Source: Desulfobacteraceae bacterium (GTDB taxonomy: Bacteria; Desulfobacterota; Desulfobacteria; Desulfobacterales; UBA2174). From it: DNA of 64,000 nt. The first letter of the stretch is position 1. Every line of letters starts with the position of its first letter. The stretch spans positions 23,984-87,983 of the forward strand of contig DQXI01000012.1 of the NCBI GenBank assembly GCA_011042305.1, read 5' to 3'. The notes under the pieces are model-generated. The model did no database searches. It was not told where the DNA came from and saw only the letters and a list, made by a program, of their open reading frames with translations. The position numbers and the translations under genes are program-made. Below are positions 29,695-38,989 of the stretch, one piece after another.

Positions 29695-29829
29695 TCAGAC
29701 GCCGAGCCGCTTGCGTCCCTTGGCCCGCCGCCGGTTGATCACCTTCCGGCCCGCCTTATTGGCCATTCGGGAAAGAAAACCGTGGGTTCGCACCCGCCTA
29801 AGACGATGGGGTTGATAGGTCCGTTTCAT
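29695..29829 (-). CDS. rpmH: 50S ribosomal protein L34
   Basis: Not in the ORF track because it is under 60 aa. Manual translation of the minus strand gives [44 protein letters not shown] (44 aa), the canonical L34 sequence, directly upstream of rnpA. Confidence 0.92.
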   Translation of the reverse strand: MKRTYQPHRLRRVRTHGFLSRMANKAGRKVINRRRAKGRKRLGV

Positions 29830-29942
29830 GATCGCTCCCCTTGAAAATGGTTGACCGCACGCCCTTCTTGCCTGCCGGCGCCGGTATCATGTCGAAAACA
29901 TCCCACAAAAATGGGATAACTAATCACAGCAGCGACCGGATG

Positions 29943-31547
29943 TCAAGCTTCATCGCGCCAGTCCGGATCCGCCTCTGATGAAACGGGCAGGGCCTTGCCG
30001 CCAATCTCGTAGACATCGAATTGTTGCAGGTGAAACTGAGGATTGGGATAGATGATGATCTGTTTTCCCAGGCGGCTTTCCAGCGACACCATCAGTTGAT
30101 TTTCCTCGCCGTGGAGCCGCTCGGCGATCTCCGGGTTGACCCGCAGCATCAGGCGCCCGCCGGCCATGTCCCGGCCCTCGCGCAGGATCTGGCGGTAGAC
30201 GTCGTAGCAGATGGTCTTGCGCGAGATGAGCTGCCCTTCTCCGTCGCAGTAGAAGCACGGCTCGCACAGGACACTGGTGAGGCTCCGGCGGATCCGCTTG
30301 CGCGTCATCTGCACCAGCCCCAGCTCGGAGATCGGCAGGATGTGGGTTTTGCTCCGATCCCGGCGAACGGCTTCCTGTAGGGCGTTGAAAACCTTTTCCT
30401 GGTGGCTCTTTTTTTCCATGTCGATGAAATCGATGACGATGATGCCGCCGATGTCCCGCAGCCGCACCTGGTAGGCGATCTCCTTGACGGCCTCCAGGTT
30501 GGTCTTGAAAATCGTTTCCTCCAGGTTGTACTTGCCCACGTAGCGACCGGTGTTGACATCGATGGCGCATAGCGCCTCGGTCTGTTCGATGACGATGTAT
30601 CCGCCCGATTTGAGCCACACTTTTTTTTTCAGCGCCCGGGAAATGTCTCCTTCCAGGTGAAACGCGTCGAAGATCGGCTCTTCTCCCTGGTAGAGCTCCA
30701 CGCTGCGCTTCAGGCCCGGGGCACACGTGTCCAGGAAGGCCATCACCTGATCGTAACCGGTGCGCGAATCGATGACCACCTTGTCCGCCTCCTGGGTAAG
30801 CAGGTCGCGCACCGCGCGCAGGCTGACGTTGAGCTCCCGGTGCAGCAGGGCCGGCGCCGAGCTTTGCTGGCACTTCTTCTTGATGTTGCTCCAGAGCCTT
30901 TCGAGAAACTCCATCTCCGAGGCGAGCACGTCGGCCTGGATCCCCTCGGCGGCCGTGCGCACGATATAACCGAAACTCTTCTTGCGCAGGGCCTGCACCA
31001 ACCCCTTGAGACGGCTGCGCTCTGCCTCGTCCTCGATCTTGCGCGACACCCCAATGTGCCGCGAGTTGGGCATCAGCACCAGGAAACGGCCCGGCAAAGA
31101 GACGTGGCAGGTCACCCGGGCGCCCTTGGTGCCGATGGGCGATTTGGCCACGTGCACCAGAATCTCCTGCCCCTCGGTGAGCAGATCCTCGATGTTGGAG
31201 CGCGGCGCCTTGCCCTCGGCAGACCCGTTGGTTTCGACGCCGCTTCCGTCTCCGCTCTCCGGCGGCGCGTCGACCGCTTCATCTTCATCCATCCAGGCGG
31301 CCGCCACGCCCTCCACCGCGTCACTAAGCACGTCATCAACGTAGATGAACGCCGCCTGGCTCAACCCGATGTCCACGAAGGCCGCCTGCATTCCCGGCAG
31401 GACCCGCTGCACCCGCCCCTTGTAGATGTTGCCGGCAATATCCGACTCGTCCTGGCGGTGGATAAACAGCTCAACGATAGTCCCGTCTTCCAGCATGGCC
31501 ACCCGCGTTTCGTGCTTGGCCGTGTTAATGATCAGTTTTCGAAACAT
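29943..31547 (-). CDS. rng: Ribonuclease G/E family (Rng/CafA-like)
   Basis: N-terminal S1 domain (NIYKGRVQRVLPGMQAAFVDIG), the DNase-I-like catalytic core (IDVNTG) and a Zn-link CPxCxGxG-like motif (CEPCFYCDGEG). Confidence 0.9.
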   Translation of the reverse strand: MFRKLIINTAKHETRVAMLEDGTIVELFIHRQDESDIAGNIYKGRVQRVLPGMQAAFVDIGLSQAAFIYVDDVLSDAVEGVAAAWMDEDEAVDAPPESGDGSGVETNGSAEGKAPRSNIEDLLTEGQEILVHVAKSPIGTKGARVTCHVSLPGRFLVLMPNSRHIGVSRKIEDEAERSRLKGLVQALRKKSFGYIVRTAAEGIQADVLASEMEFLERLWSNIKKKCQQSSAPALLHRELNVSLRAVRDLLTQEADKVVIDSRTGYDQVMAFLDTCAPGLKRSVELYQGEEPIFDAFHLEGDISRALKKKVWLKSGGYIVIEQTEALCAIDVNTGRYVGKYNLEETIFKTNLEAVKEIAYQVRLRDIGGIIVIDFIDMEKKSHQEKVFNALQEAVRRDRSKTHILPISELGLVQMTRKRIRRSLTSVLCEPCFYCDGEGQLISRKTICYDVYRQILREGRDMAGGRLMLRVNPEIAERLHGEENQLMVSLESRLGKQIIIYPNPQFHLQQFDVYEIGGKALPVSSEADPDWRDEA

Positions 31548-31549
31548 CG

Positions 31550-34063
31550 TTACCTTTCTGTTTCCTGCGCCGGCGCCACCCCGGTCTTACATACCCGGAC
31601 CCGTGCCGCCTGGTCCGGCGCCAAGCCAAACACCGCCGTGAGCACGTCGACCGGCCGAACGCTGGGACCGTCGGCTTGGCGAATGCCCATGCTCATCCCG
31701 CCGTCGCCGTCAAGGGCCATTTCGCAAACGGCCTGCTTCAAGTCGATGCGCTGAAGGCGCCCCTTGGCCGAGCGCCGCTCCATCGGCCAAGCGTGGGCCA
31801 GATTGAACCGCGCCATCGGCTCGGCCACCGCAATCTCCTCCGGCAGCCGGACCCGGTAACGGTATATCGTCGCACCGCCGCCCGGCCCGTTGCCCTCCCA
31901 GGCCGCCAGCACGGTCAACCCCTCGGGAAGCTGCCGGTTGAGCCCCGCGATGATGTCCGCCGGCGACCGCCGCCGCTCCAAATGCACCGTGACAAACTCC
32001 GCCTCGCTTTCCAGCCCGAGAGGCAAGGCGTCATCAAAGGCCATCTTGGGCTTGGGGTGGAACCCGCCCCCGTGGACCACCGGCAGCCCCGCGCGGCGCA
32101 AGGCCCGCTGAAAAATGGCGGCAGTTTCCAGGTGCCCGAAAAACCGGGCCGGCCCGGCCTTGCGAAAGCGGAGGCGAAACACGGCCGGCGCTCCCGGCGG
32201 GACCGCCTGGACGGCGGTATCCAGGGCGGCAGCGTCCCTTTCCGCGTGGACCACCGGCGCCAAGGCGGCAAAATCGCAGACCCCGCAGCCCTGGCACTCT
32301 CCCTGCCGGCAATCGTCGGTGAGGGTCGTCGCCTGGGCCCGTCGCCATTCGCGTTGCAGGAAGTCCTTGTCCACGCCGACGGATACATGGTCCCAAGGCA
32401 GCGGCTCGTCGAGGCCGCGGGGACGCATGGTGAAAAATTCCAGGTCGATGCGGCAGGCGGCGATGGCCTCTTGCCAACGGTCGAAGCGAAAGTGCTGGCT
32501 CCACCCGTCCAGCCGGCATCCGCGTCGGTAGGCCTCCTCCAGCAGGGGGGCCAGCCGCCGGTCGCCGCGGGCCCAGAGCCCCTCCATCAGGCTGACCTGT
32601 GGGTTTTGCCACTTGAACTGGATGCCGGGGCGCGTCAACTGGCGTCGCAACCGGCTGATCTTGGCCTGGGCGGCCTCCAGCCGCTCCTGTCCGGCCCACT
32701 GGAACGGGGTGTGGGCCTTGGGGATGAAGGTGGCCACGCTGACGTTGAGCTGGCCGCGGCGTTTTCCCGGCGGCCTTAGCTTGCGCAAGCGCCCCACCAG
32801 GGACACGATGGCCTCGATGTCCGCCTCGGTCTCGGTGGGCAGGCCGATCATGAAGTAGAGCTTGACGGTCTGCCAGCCAAGGTCGAAAGCGTCCTGGAGG
32901 GTCTGGAAGACCTCCGCCTCGGTGATGTTCTTGTTGATCACGCCCCGCAGCCGCTGACTGCCAGCCTCCACCGCGAAGGTGAACCCGGTCTTGCGCACCC
33001 GCCGGATCTGTTCCATCAGTGTCGGGCTGAGACTGCCGATCCTCAGGGAGGGCAGCGAGACGGCGACATGCCGCGGGACGCACTCGGCCATCAGGGCGGC
33101 GGTCAGACCGTTGATGCCGCTGTAGTCGCCCGTGCTCAGCGAAAGCAGTGACACGTCCTCGTAGCCGGTGGTGGCCAATCCCCGGCGCACCATCTCCATC
33201 AGCCGGGCCGGCGAACGCTCGCGAACCGGACGATACAGCATCCCGGCTTGGCAGAAGCGGCAGCCGCGGGTGCAGCCCCGGGCAATCTCCAGGCGCAGCC
33301 GGTCGTGCACCGGACGGCCGAAGGGCACCACCGGCCGTTCGGGAAACGTCGCCCGGTCCAGGTCGGTCACCACGGCCCGGCGCACCGCCATGGGGGCGCC
33401 GGCGACAGGCGCCAGGTGCTGAAATCCCTGTTCGTCGTAGTGGGCCCGGTAAAAGGAGGGAACATACACGCCTCCGATCCGGGCCCAGGCCTCCAGCAGG
33501 TCGCGGCGGTGGCGCCGATTCCAGGCCAGCCAGGCTTCGGCCATGGCAAGCACCACTTCCTCCCCGTCGCCGATGACCATGGCGTCGAAAAACGGTGCCA
33601 GCGGCTCGGGGTTGCAGGTGCACGGCCCGCCGGCGATGACCAACGGCTGCCGCTGGTCGCGTGCCGCGGCCCGCGGGGGGATGCCGGCTCTTTCCAACAT
33701 GGCCAGCACGTTGGTATAGTTGAGTTCGTAGAGCAGGGAAAAGCCGACGATGTCGAAGTCTGCCAGGGGGCGGCGGTTTTCCAGGCTGACCAGGGGCAGG
33801 CCCCGGGCGGCCAAGGCGCGGTCCATGTCCGGCGCCGGGGCGAAAACCCGCTCGGCGCCGATGCGCGGGTCCCGGTTGAGCACTTCGTAGAGGATCTGCA
33901 TGCCGAAATGGGACATGCCGATCTCGTAGAGATCCGGGAAAGCCAGGGCCACGTTCAGGCGGACACGCGCCGGATCCTTGCGCACGCTGTTCGTCTCGCC
34001 GCCGAGGTAGCGGCTGGGCTGCTCGACGCTTTCAAGGACGCCTTGAAGCAGATCGGGGGTCAT
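31550..34063 (-). CDS. B12-binding-domain radical SAM protein fused to a DUF2344-type radical-SAM-linked domain
   Basis: Start set at ATG 34063 (MTPDLLQGV...). Radical SAM motif CTRGCRFCQAG. The C-terminal approximately 230 aa resemble the radical-SAM-linked (DUF2344) family. It ends 3 nt before the rng start. Confidence 0.85.
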   Translation of the reverse strand: MTPDLLQGVLESVEQPSRYLGGETNSVRKDPARVRLNVALAFPDLYEIGMSHFGMQILYEVLNRDPRIGAERVFAPAPDMDRALAARGLPLVSLENRRPLADFDIVGFSLLYELNYTNVLAMLERAGIPPRAAARDQRQPLVIAGGPCTCNPEPLAPFFDAMVIGDGEEVVLAMAEAWLAWNRRHRRDLLEAWARIGGVYVPSFYRAHYDEQGFQHLAPVAGAPMAVRRAVVTDLDRATFPERPVVPFGRPVHDRLRLEIARGCTRGCRFCQAGMLYRPVRERSPARLMEMVRRGLATTGYEDVSLLSLSTGDYSGINGLTAALMAECVPRHVAVSLPSLRIGSLSPTLMEQIRRVRKTGFTFAVEAGSQRLRGVINKNITEAEVFQTLQDAFDLGWQTVKLYFMIGLPTETEADIEAIVSLVGRLRKLRPPGKRRGQLNVSVATFIPKAHTPFQWAGQERLEAAQAKISRLRRQLTRPGIQFKWQNPQVSLMEGLWARGDRRLAPLLEEAYRRGCRLDGWSQHFRFDRWQEAIAACRIDLEFFTMRPRGLDEPLPWDHVSVGVDKDFLQREWRRAQATTLTDDCRQGECQGCGVCDFAALAPVVHAERDAAALDTAVQAVPPGAPAVFRLRFRKAGPARFFGHLETAAIFQRALRRAGLPVVHGGGFHPKPKMAFDDALPLGLESEAEFVTVHLERRRSPADIIAGLNRQLPEGLTVLAAWEGNGPGGGATIYRYRVRLPEEIAVAEPMARFNLAHAWPMERRSAKGRLQRIDLKQAVCEMALDGDGGMSMGIRQADGPSVRPVDVLTAVFGLAPDQAARVRVCKTGVAPAQETER

Positions 34064-34148
34064 GGTAGGGACCCTCTCATTTATCCGGAATTCGGCACCG
34101 ACCACTCGGCTACGCACGGAGTTGGTCAACCCGCCCGAGGAGGAATCA

Positions 34149-35555
34149 ATGACCGGTCGTTTTGGAAGCAACAAGGCCTGCCGGCACTTTGGGCTCGCCT
34201 TTTGGGTGGCTGTTTTCACCATCTTTGCGCCGCAGGCCAACGCCGAACATTATAACCGCGAAACCCCTGTTGTCAAAGCGGTCCGGGCGGTGAGCCCCGC
34301 GGTGGTCAACATCAGCAGCCAGATCCAGGTGCGCCAGGCCCAGCATCCTTTTTCAGGCATGGCGCCCCCTCACCTCGAATGGTTTTTCCGGGATTTTTTC
34401 GACCCGGGCTGGGAGCGCCGCTACCGCAGCACCAGTCTCGGCTCCGGTGTCATCATCGACGGCGAGCGTGGCTTCATCCTCACCAACGCCCACGTAGTGG
34501 CCCGGGCCGGCACCATCACCGTGACCCTCATGGACGAGCGGCAGTTCGAGGCCCAGCTGGTGGGCTCGGACCCCGACAGCGACTTGGCCGTGCTGCGCAT
34601 CGAGGCTGACGAACCTCTGCCGGCGGTGGCCATGGGCCGCTGCGACGACTTGATGATCGGCGAAACGGTGATCGCCATCGGCAACCCCTTCGGCTTTTCC
34701 CACACCGTGACCACCGGGGTGATCAGCGCGGTGAACCGCAGTTTTCGCGCCGACGACCGCGAATACTACGACTTCATTCAGATCGACGCCTCCATCAATC
34801 CGGGCAACAGCGGTGGACCGCTGCTCAACATCAACGGGGAACTCATCGGCATCAACACCGCCATTTACGCCAAGGCCCAGGGGATCGGCTTCGCCATTCC
34901 CATCGACAGGGCCCAGCGGATCATCAACGACCTCATCAACTTCGGGGAAGTGATCCAGGCCTGGATCGGCCTGCGGGTCCAGGATCTGGACGAGCGCCTG
35001 GCCGCCTACCTCGGCCTGCCGGACAGCGAGGGGGTCCTGGTGCGGACGGTGGAAAAGGACAGTCCGGCTGAAAAGGCGGGGATCGTCTCCGGCGACGTGA
35101 TCCGCTCCCTGAACGGAAACCGCATCGCCGACACCGAGGCCTATGGTCGTGCGGCGGCGGCCACCGCCCCCCGCCAGCCGCTGGACGTCGAGGTGTGGCG
35201 CGAAGGGCGTGTGCTAAAAAAGACAGTGCGCACCTCGGTCTACCCGCCGGAAAAAGCCGCCCGGCTGGCCGAGGCGCTGCTCGGCATCACCGTTGCCGAC
35301 ATCACGCCGGAGCTGAGGCGGCGCTACCGCCTGGCCGTTTCCAGCGGGGTGGTCATCACCTCGCTGGCCCCGGACACGTTCCTGGCCCAGACCGGGATCA
35401 AGCCCGGAGACGTGATCCGCCAGGTGGGCGACAAACCGGTGAGGAATCGCCAGGATTTTGAAAAGGCCCTGGTGAAGCAGCGGCTCCAGAGCGCCGTGGT
35501 CCTCCTGGTGCAACGCGGGCGCCAGGGCTACTACATCACCGTGGAGCTTTACTGA
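34149..35555 (+). CDS. Periplasmic serine protease DegP/DegQ (HtrA family, two PDZ domains)
   Basis: Signal peptide, catalytic triad contexts (TNAHVV, DLAVL, GNSGGPL) and two PDZ-like segments. ATG 34149 follows GAGGAGGA. Confidence 0.9.
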   Translation: MTGRFGSNKACRHFGLAFWVAVFTIFAPQANAEHYNRETPVVKAVRAVSPAVVNISSQIQVRQAQHPFSGMAPPHLEWFFRDFFDPGWERRYRSTSLGSGVIIDGERGFILTNAHVVARAGTITVTLMDERQFEAQLVGSDPDSDLAVLRIEADEPLPAVAMGRCDDLMIGETVIAIGNPFGFSHTVTTGVISAVNRSFRADDREYYDFIQIDASINPGNSGGPLLNINGELIGINTAIYAKAQGIGFAIPIDRAQRIINDLINFGEVIQAWIGLRVQDLDERLAAYLGLPDSEGVLVRTVEKDSPAEKAGIVSGDVIRSLNGNRIADTEAYGRAAAATAPRQPLDVEVWREGRVLKKTVRTSVYPPEKAARLAEALLGITVADITPELRRRYRLAVSSGVVITSLAPDTFLAQTGIKPGDVIRQVGDKPVRNRQDFEKALVKQRLQSAVVLLVQRGRQGYYITVELY

Positions 35556-35585
35556 GCCGGGGCCGGCCATCCGCCCCGACGACGC

Positions 35586-35879
35586 TCAAATCAGCGTCTC
35601 CGCCGGCCAGGAGAAGACCTTGAGCCCCTTGCCCCCCAGGCGCTGGTGCAGACGGGAGAGGGCCTCCCTGACATCCTCCAGCTGCGGGCCGTCTTCCACC
35701 GCGGCTAACAGCACGTTGTTGTACCCGGGCCAGACGCTGTCGTCCATGCGGGGATCCGAGCGGCGGCCCCTTCCCGACACCCGCTTCCAGCGGGTGAATC
35801 CCGGGGCGTCGCATTCGGCCAAAATTTCCAGCACCTCGTCGTCGCAGGCGGCGTCGTAGGCCACCATCAGCATTTTCAT
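35586..35879 (-). CDS. Small PII-like-fold protein, last gene of the RND operon (hypothetical)
   Basis: 97 aa. Beta-alpha-beta pattern MLMVAYDAACDDEVLEILAE...GFTRW. ATGA overlap with the RND pump stop. Confidence 0.6.
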   Translation of the reverse strand: MKMLMVAYDAACDDEVLEILAECDAPGFTRWKRVSGRGRRSDPRMDDSVWPGYNNVLLAAVEDGPQLEDVREALSRLHQRLGGKGLKVFSWPAETLI

Positions 35880-38800
35880 CGGCCGCTCCTTTTTTCCCTG
35901 CGCCGCTCGAAAAGGTAGTAGGCCGTCGGCACCAGCACCAGGCTGACGAGCATCGACACCGACAAGCCGCCCAGCATGGTCACCCCCAGCGGGTTCCAGG
36001 CCTCGGCGCCCACCGTGTCCGAGACGGCCATGGGCACCATGGCGAAAAGGGTCGTCAAGGTGGTCATCAGCACCGGCCGCAGGCGGTGGCTTCCCGCCTC
36101 CACCACCGCCGCCCGCAGGGGGCGCCCCCGCTTTTGCAGCAGGTGGGTGTAATCCAGCAGCACGATGGCGTTGTTGACCACGATGCCCATGAGCATGATC
36201 ACCCCCATGAAGGGAACCATGCCCAGGCTGGTGCCGGTGAGGTAGAAGGCGTAGAGCACGCCGGTAAAGGCAAAGGGCACGGAAAACATGACGATCAGCG
36301 GATCGCGCAGGTTGCCGAAAAGCGATGCCATCACCATGTACACCAACATGATGCCCAGGATCAGCAAGAGCGTCAGGTCGGCGAAGGCCTCTTCTTGCTC
36401 CTCCATGTCCCCGCCGAAATGAACCCGGATCCCCGCCGGGATCTCCATGGCACCGACGACCCGGCGCAGGTCGGCGCTCACCGCCCCCAGGCTGCGGCCG
36501 GCGGTTTCGGCCTCCACCCGGATGATGCGCTGGCGGTTCTTGCGCTCGATCTCGATGGGACCGCGCCCCTCGACGATGCGCGCCACGGCCTGCAGCCGCA
36601 CCTGGCGGCCGTCCGGGGTGAGGATCGGCACCTCGGGCAGGTTGCTCAACCGGTCGCGGTCAACCTGGCGAAAGCGGGTGAAAATGTCGAAACGATCGCC
36701 GGCGTCCTTGTACTCGGTGGCCTCGACCCCGTAGAAATAGTTGCGCAGGGTGCCGGCAATCGTGGCCACGTTCAGCCCGAGGCTGGCGGCCTTGGTGCGA
36801 TCGATCTGAACCCACACCTCCGGCCGCGGATCCTTCAGCGAGAGGGTCGCGTCCACCAGGCCGGCAATGCCCCTGGTTTCCCGGAGCAGCGCTCGGGCGA
36901 AGGCCTCGCTTTGCGCCAGGTCGTAGCCCAGGACCTCCAGGGAAATCGGCTTGCGCCCGCCCATGATGGCGCTGTCCAGTCCGCTCTCGGTGCTCACCCG
37001 GAACTTGGCTACCCCGGGAATTTTTTCCACCTCGGCGCGCAACCGCTGAGCCACCGCTTCGACGGTGAGATCCCGCTGGTCGCGATCCACCAGCTTGAAG
37101 CGCACCTCGCCGACGTTGGGCCCCTGATCGAAGCCCAGGGCCACCTGGTAGCCCTTTTCATCCTCGCCGGTCTTGGCATAGGTGAACAGGATCCAATCCC
37201 GCGGCACGATGCGCGGCATGATGGCCAGCATCTGCATGGCGACACGCTCGGTCTCCTCTATGCGCCTCCCCTCGTCAAGACGAAAGGAGACCGACACCTC
37301 GCCGGTGTCCACCCGTGGAAAAAAGGAGGTGGAAATAAACGGCACCAGGGAAAGCCCGGAGATGAAGATGGCCACGGCGAGCACCAACACGGTGCGCGTA
37401 TGGCCCAGGGCCCAGGCGAGCAGGCGGCCGTAGGCCCGCTCCAGGATCTCGAAGCCGGCCTCGCTGCGGGCGTAGAGCCGCCCTATCAGCCCCTTTCGCT
37501 CTTTCAGGGCTTTCGGCGTGGCGCGCACCCAGCGGCTGGCGAGCATGGGCGTGAGCATCAGGGCGGTAACCAGCGAGGCCAGCAAGGTGATCACCACCAC
37601 GAAACCGAGCTGCTTGAACAGGATCCCCGCCAGGCCGCTGAGGAACATCAGCGGCACGAAAACCACCACCGTGGTCATGGTGGAGGCGGTGATGGCCAGG
37701 GCCATTTCGCCGGCGCCGTGCCTGGCCGCCGCGCCCACCCGCGCTCCTTTTTCCACGTGCCGGATGATATTTTCCAGCACCACCACGGCGTTGTCCACCA
37801 CCATCCCCGAGGCGATGGCCAGGGCCATGAGCGAGACCACGTTGATGGTGTAGCCGAACAGATTGAGGAAGATGAAGGCGATGACCAGCGAGCAGGGAAT
37901 GATGAGCACGATGATGAAGGTGGTGCGCAGCCGGCGCAGAAACACCCCGGTGACCGTCACGATGAAAAAGATCCCCCACAGCAGGGTGACGCGCAGGTTG
38001 GAGACCGAATCAATGATGTCCTGTGAGGTGTCGATGGGAATGCGCACGGTAACATCGGCGGGTAGAAGCGGTGTGATCTCGGCCAGGCGCGCCTTGACCG
38101 CCTTGATCACGTCCACCGTGTTCTTGCCGGTTTGCTTCTGCAGCATCAACAGAATCGAGGGCCTGCCGTTGCTGTGAACCCGCTCGTCCATCGGCTTGTA
38201 GCCGTCTTCGACGCGGGCCACGTCGCCCAGGTGCACCGGCCGTCCTTCGTGGTAACCGACCACGGTCCGGCGGATCTCCTCGACGGACTGAAAGCGTGCC
38301 GGCACCCGGACGAAGTACTTCTGGTGACGGGTGTGGATATGGCCGGCAGGAACGTTCATGTTCTCGGCCTCCAGCACCCGGTTGATCTGGGGCAGCGACA
38401 GGTGGAAACCCTCCACCTTCTGCATGTCGAAATCGATGTTAATACGCCGGCGCAGCCCCCCGTTGAGCACCACGGCGCCCACGCCCGGCACGCGCTTGAG
38501 TTCGTCGGCGATCTGCTTGTCGACAATGTGAAACAGCCGCGGCCAACTGCGCTCGCCGGACACGGTGAGAAACAGCACCGGCGCCATGGCGCTGGAAAAC
38601 TTGAACAGCACCGGCGTTTCGGCGTCATCGGGCAGGTAGCGGCGGGAGAACTCGAGCTTGTCGCGCACGTCCTTGCCCGCCACGTCCAGGTCGGTGCCCC
38701 AGTCGAACTTGCAGCTGATCAGGGACAGGTTGTCCATGCTCTTGGACGTCAGGGTGTCGAGATTGTTCACCGAGTTGACCGAATCTTCAATGACTTCGGT

Positions 38801-38989
38801 AACCTCGGTTTCCACGTCCGAGGCACTGGCCCCGGGCCAGGCGGTCAGGATCGAGATCACCGGCGGCTCGATTTCCGGGTACATGTCCGTGGAAAGGCGC
38901 AGGGCGGAAAAAATCCCCAGCACGCCCAGCGCAAGAAACAACATGGCGGTGGCCACCGGTTGGCGTACGGAAAATTCGGGCAGGTTCAT
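35876..38989 (-). CDS. RND efflux transporter permease (AcrB/HAE-like)
   Basis: 1037 aa with 12-TM RND architecture. TM4 motif ASGMVVDNAVVVLEN. Confidence 0.93.
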   Translation of the reverse strand: MNLPEFSVRQPVATAMLFLALGVLGIFSALRLSTDMYPEIEPPVISILTAWPGASASDVETEVTEVIEDSVNSVNNLDTLTSKSMDNLSLISCKFDWGTDLDVAGKDVRDKLEFSRRYLPDDAETPVLFKFSSAMAPVLFLTVSGERSWPRLFHIVDKQIADELKRVPGVGAVVLNGGLRRRINIDFDMQKVEGFHLSLPQINRVLEAENMNVPAGHIHTRHQKYFVRVPARFQSVEEIRRTVVGYHEGRPVHLGDVARVEDGYKPMDERVHSNGRPSILLMLQKQTGKNTVDVIKAVKARLAEITPLLPADVTVRIPIDTSQDIIDSVSNLRVTLLWGIFFIVTVTGVFLRRLRTTFIIVLIIPCSLVIAFIFLNLFGYTINVVSLMALAIASGMVVDNAVVVLENIIRHVEKGARVGAAARHGAGEMALAITASTMTTVVVFVPLMFLSGLAGILFKQLGFVVVITLLASLVTALMLTPMLASRWVRATPKALKERKGLIGRLYARSEAGFEILERAYGRLLAWALGHTRTVLVLAVAIFISGLSLVPFISTSFFPRVDTGEVSVSFRLDEGRRIEETERVAMQMLAIMPRIVPRDWILFTYAKTGEDEKGYQVALGFDQGPNVGEVRFKLVDRDQRDLTVEAVAQRLRAEVEKIPGVAKFRVSTESGLDSAIMGGRKPISLEVLGYDLAQSEAFARALLRETRGIAGLVDATLSLKDPRPEVWVQIDRTKAASLGLNVATIAGTLRNYFYGVEATEYKDAGDRFDIFTRFRQVDRDRLSNLPEVPILTPDGRQVRLQAVARIVEGRGPIEIERKNRQRIIRVEAETAGRSLGAVSADLRRVVGAMEIPAGIRVHFGGDMEEQEEAFADLTLLLILGIMLVYMVMASLFGNLRDPLIVMFSVPFAFTGVLYAFYLTGTSLGMVPFMGVIMLMGIVVNNAIVLLDYTHLLQKRGRPLRAAVVEAGSHRLRPVLMTTLTTLFAMVPMAVSDTVGAEAWNPLGVTMLGGLSVSMLVSLVLVPTAYYLFERRREKRSGR

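Noticed and set aside
29830-29942. DnaA-box-like TTATCCCAT and the palindrome ATCCCA-N6-TGGGAT upstream of rpmH as an alternative origin.
   Set aside because: There is only one weak box, no AT-rich unwinding region, and the gap is just 113 bp. The palindrome plus GTTTTC is better explained as a weak rng terminator.
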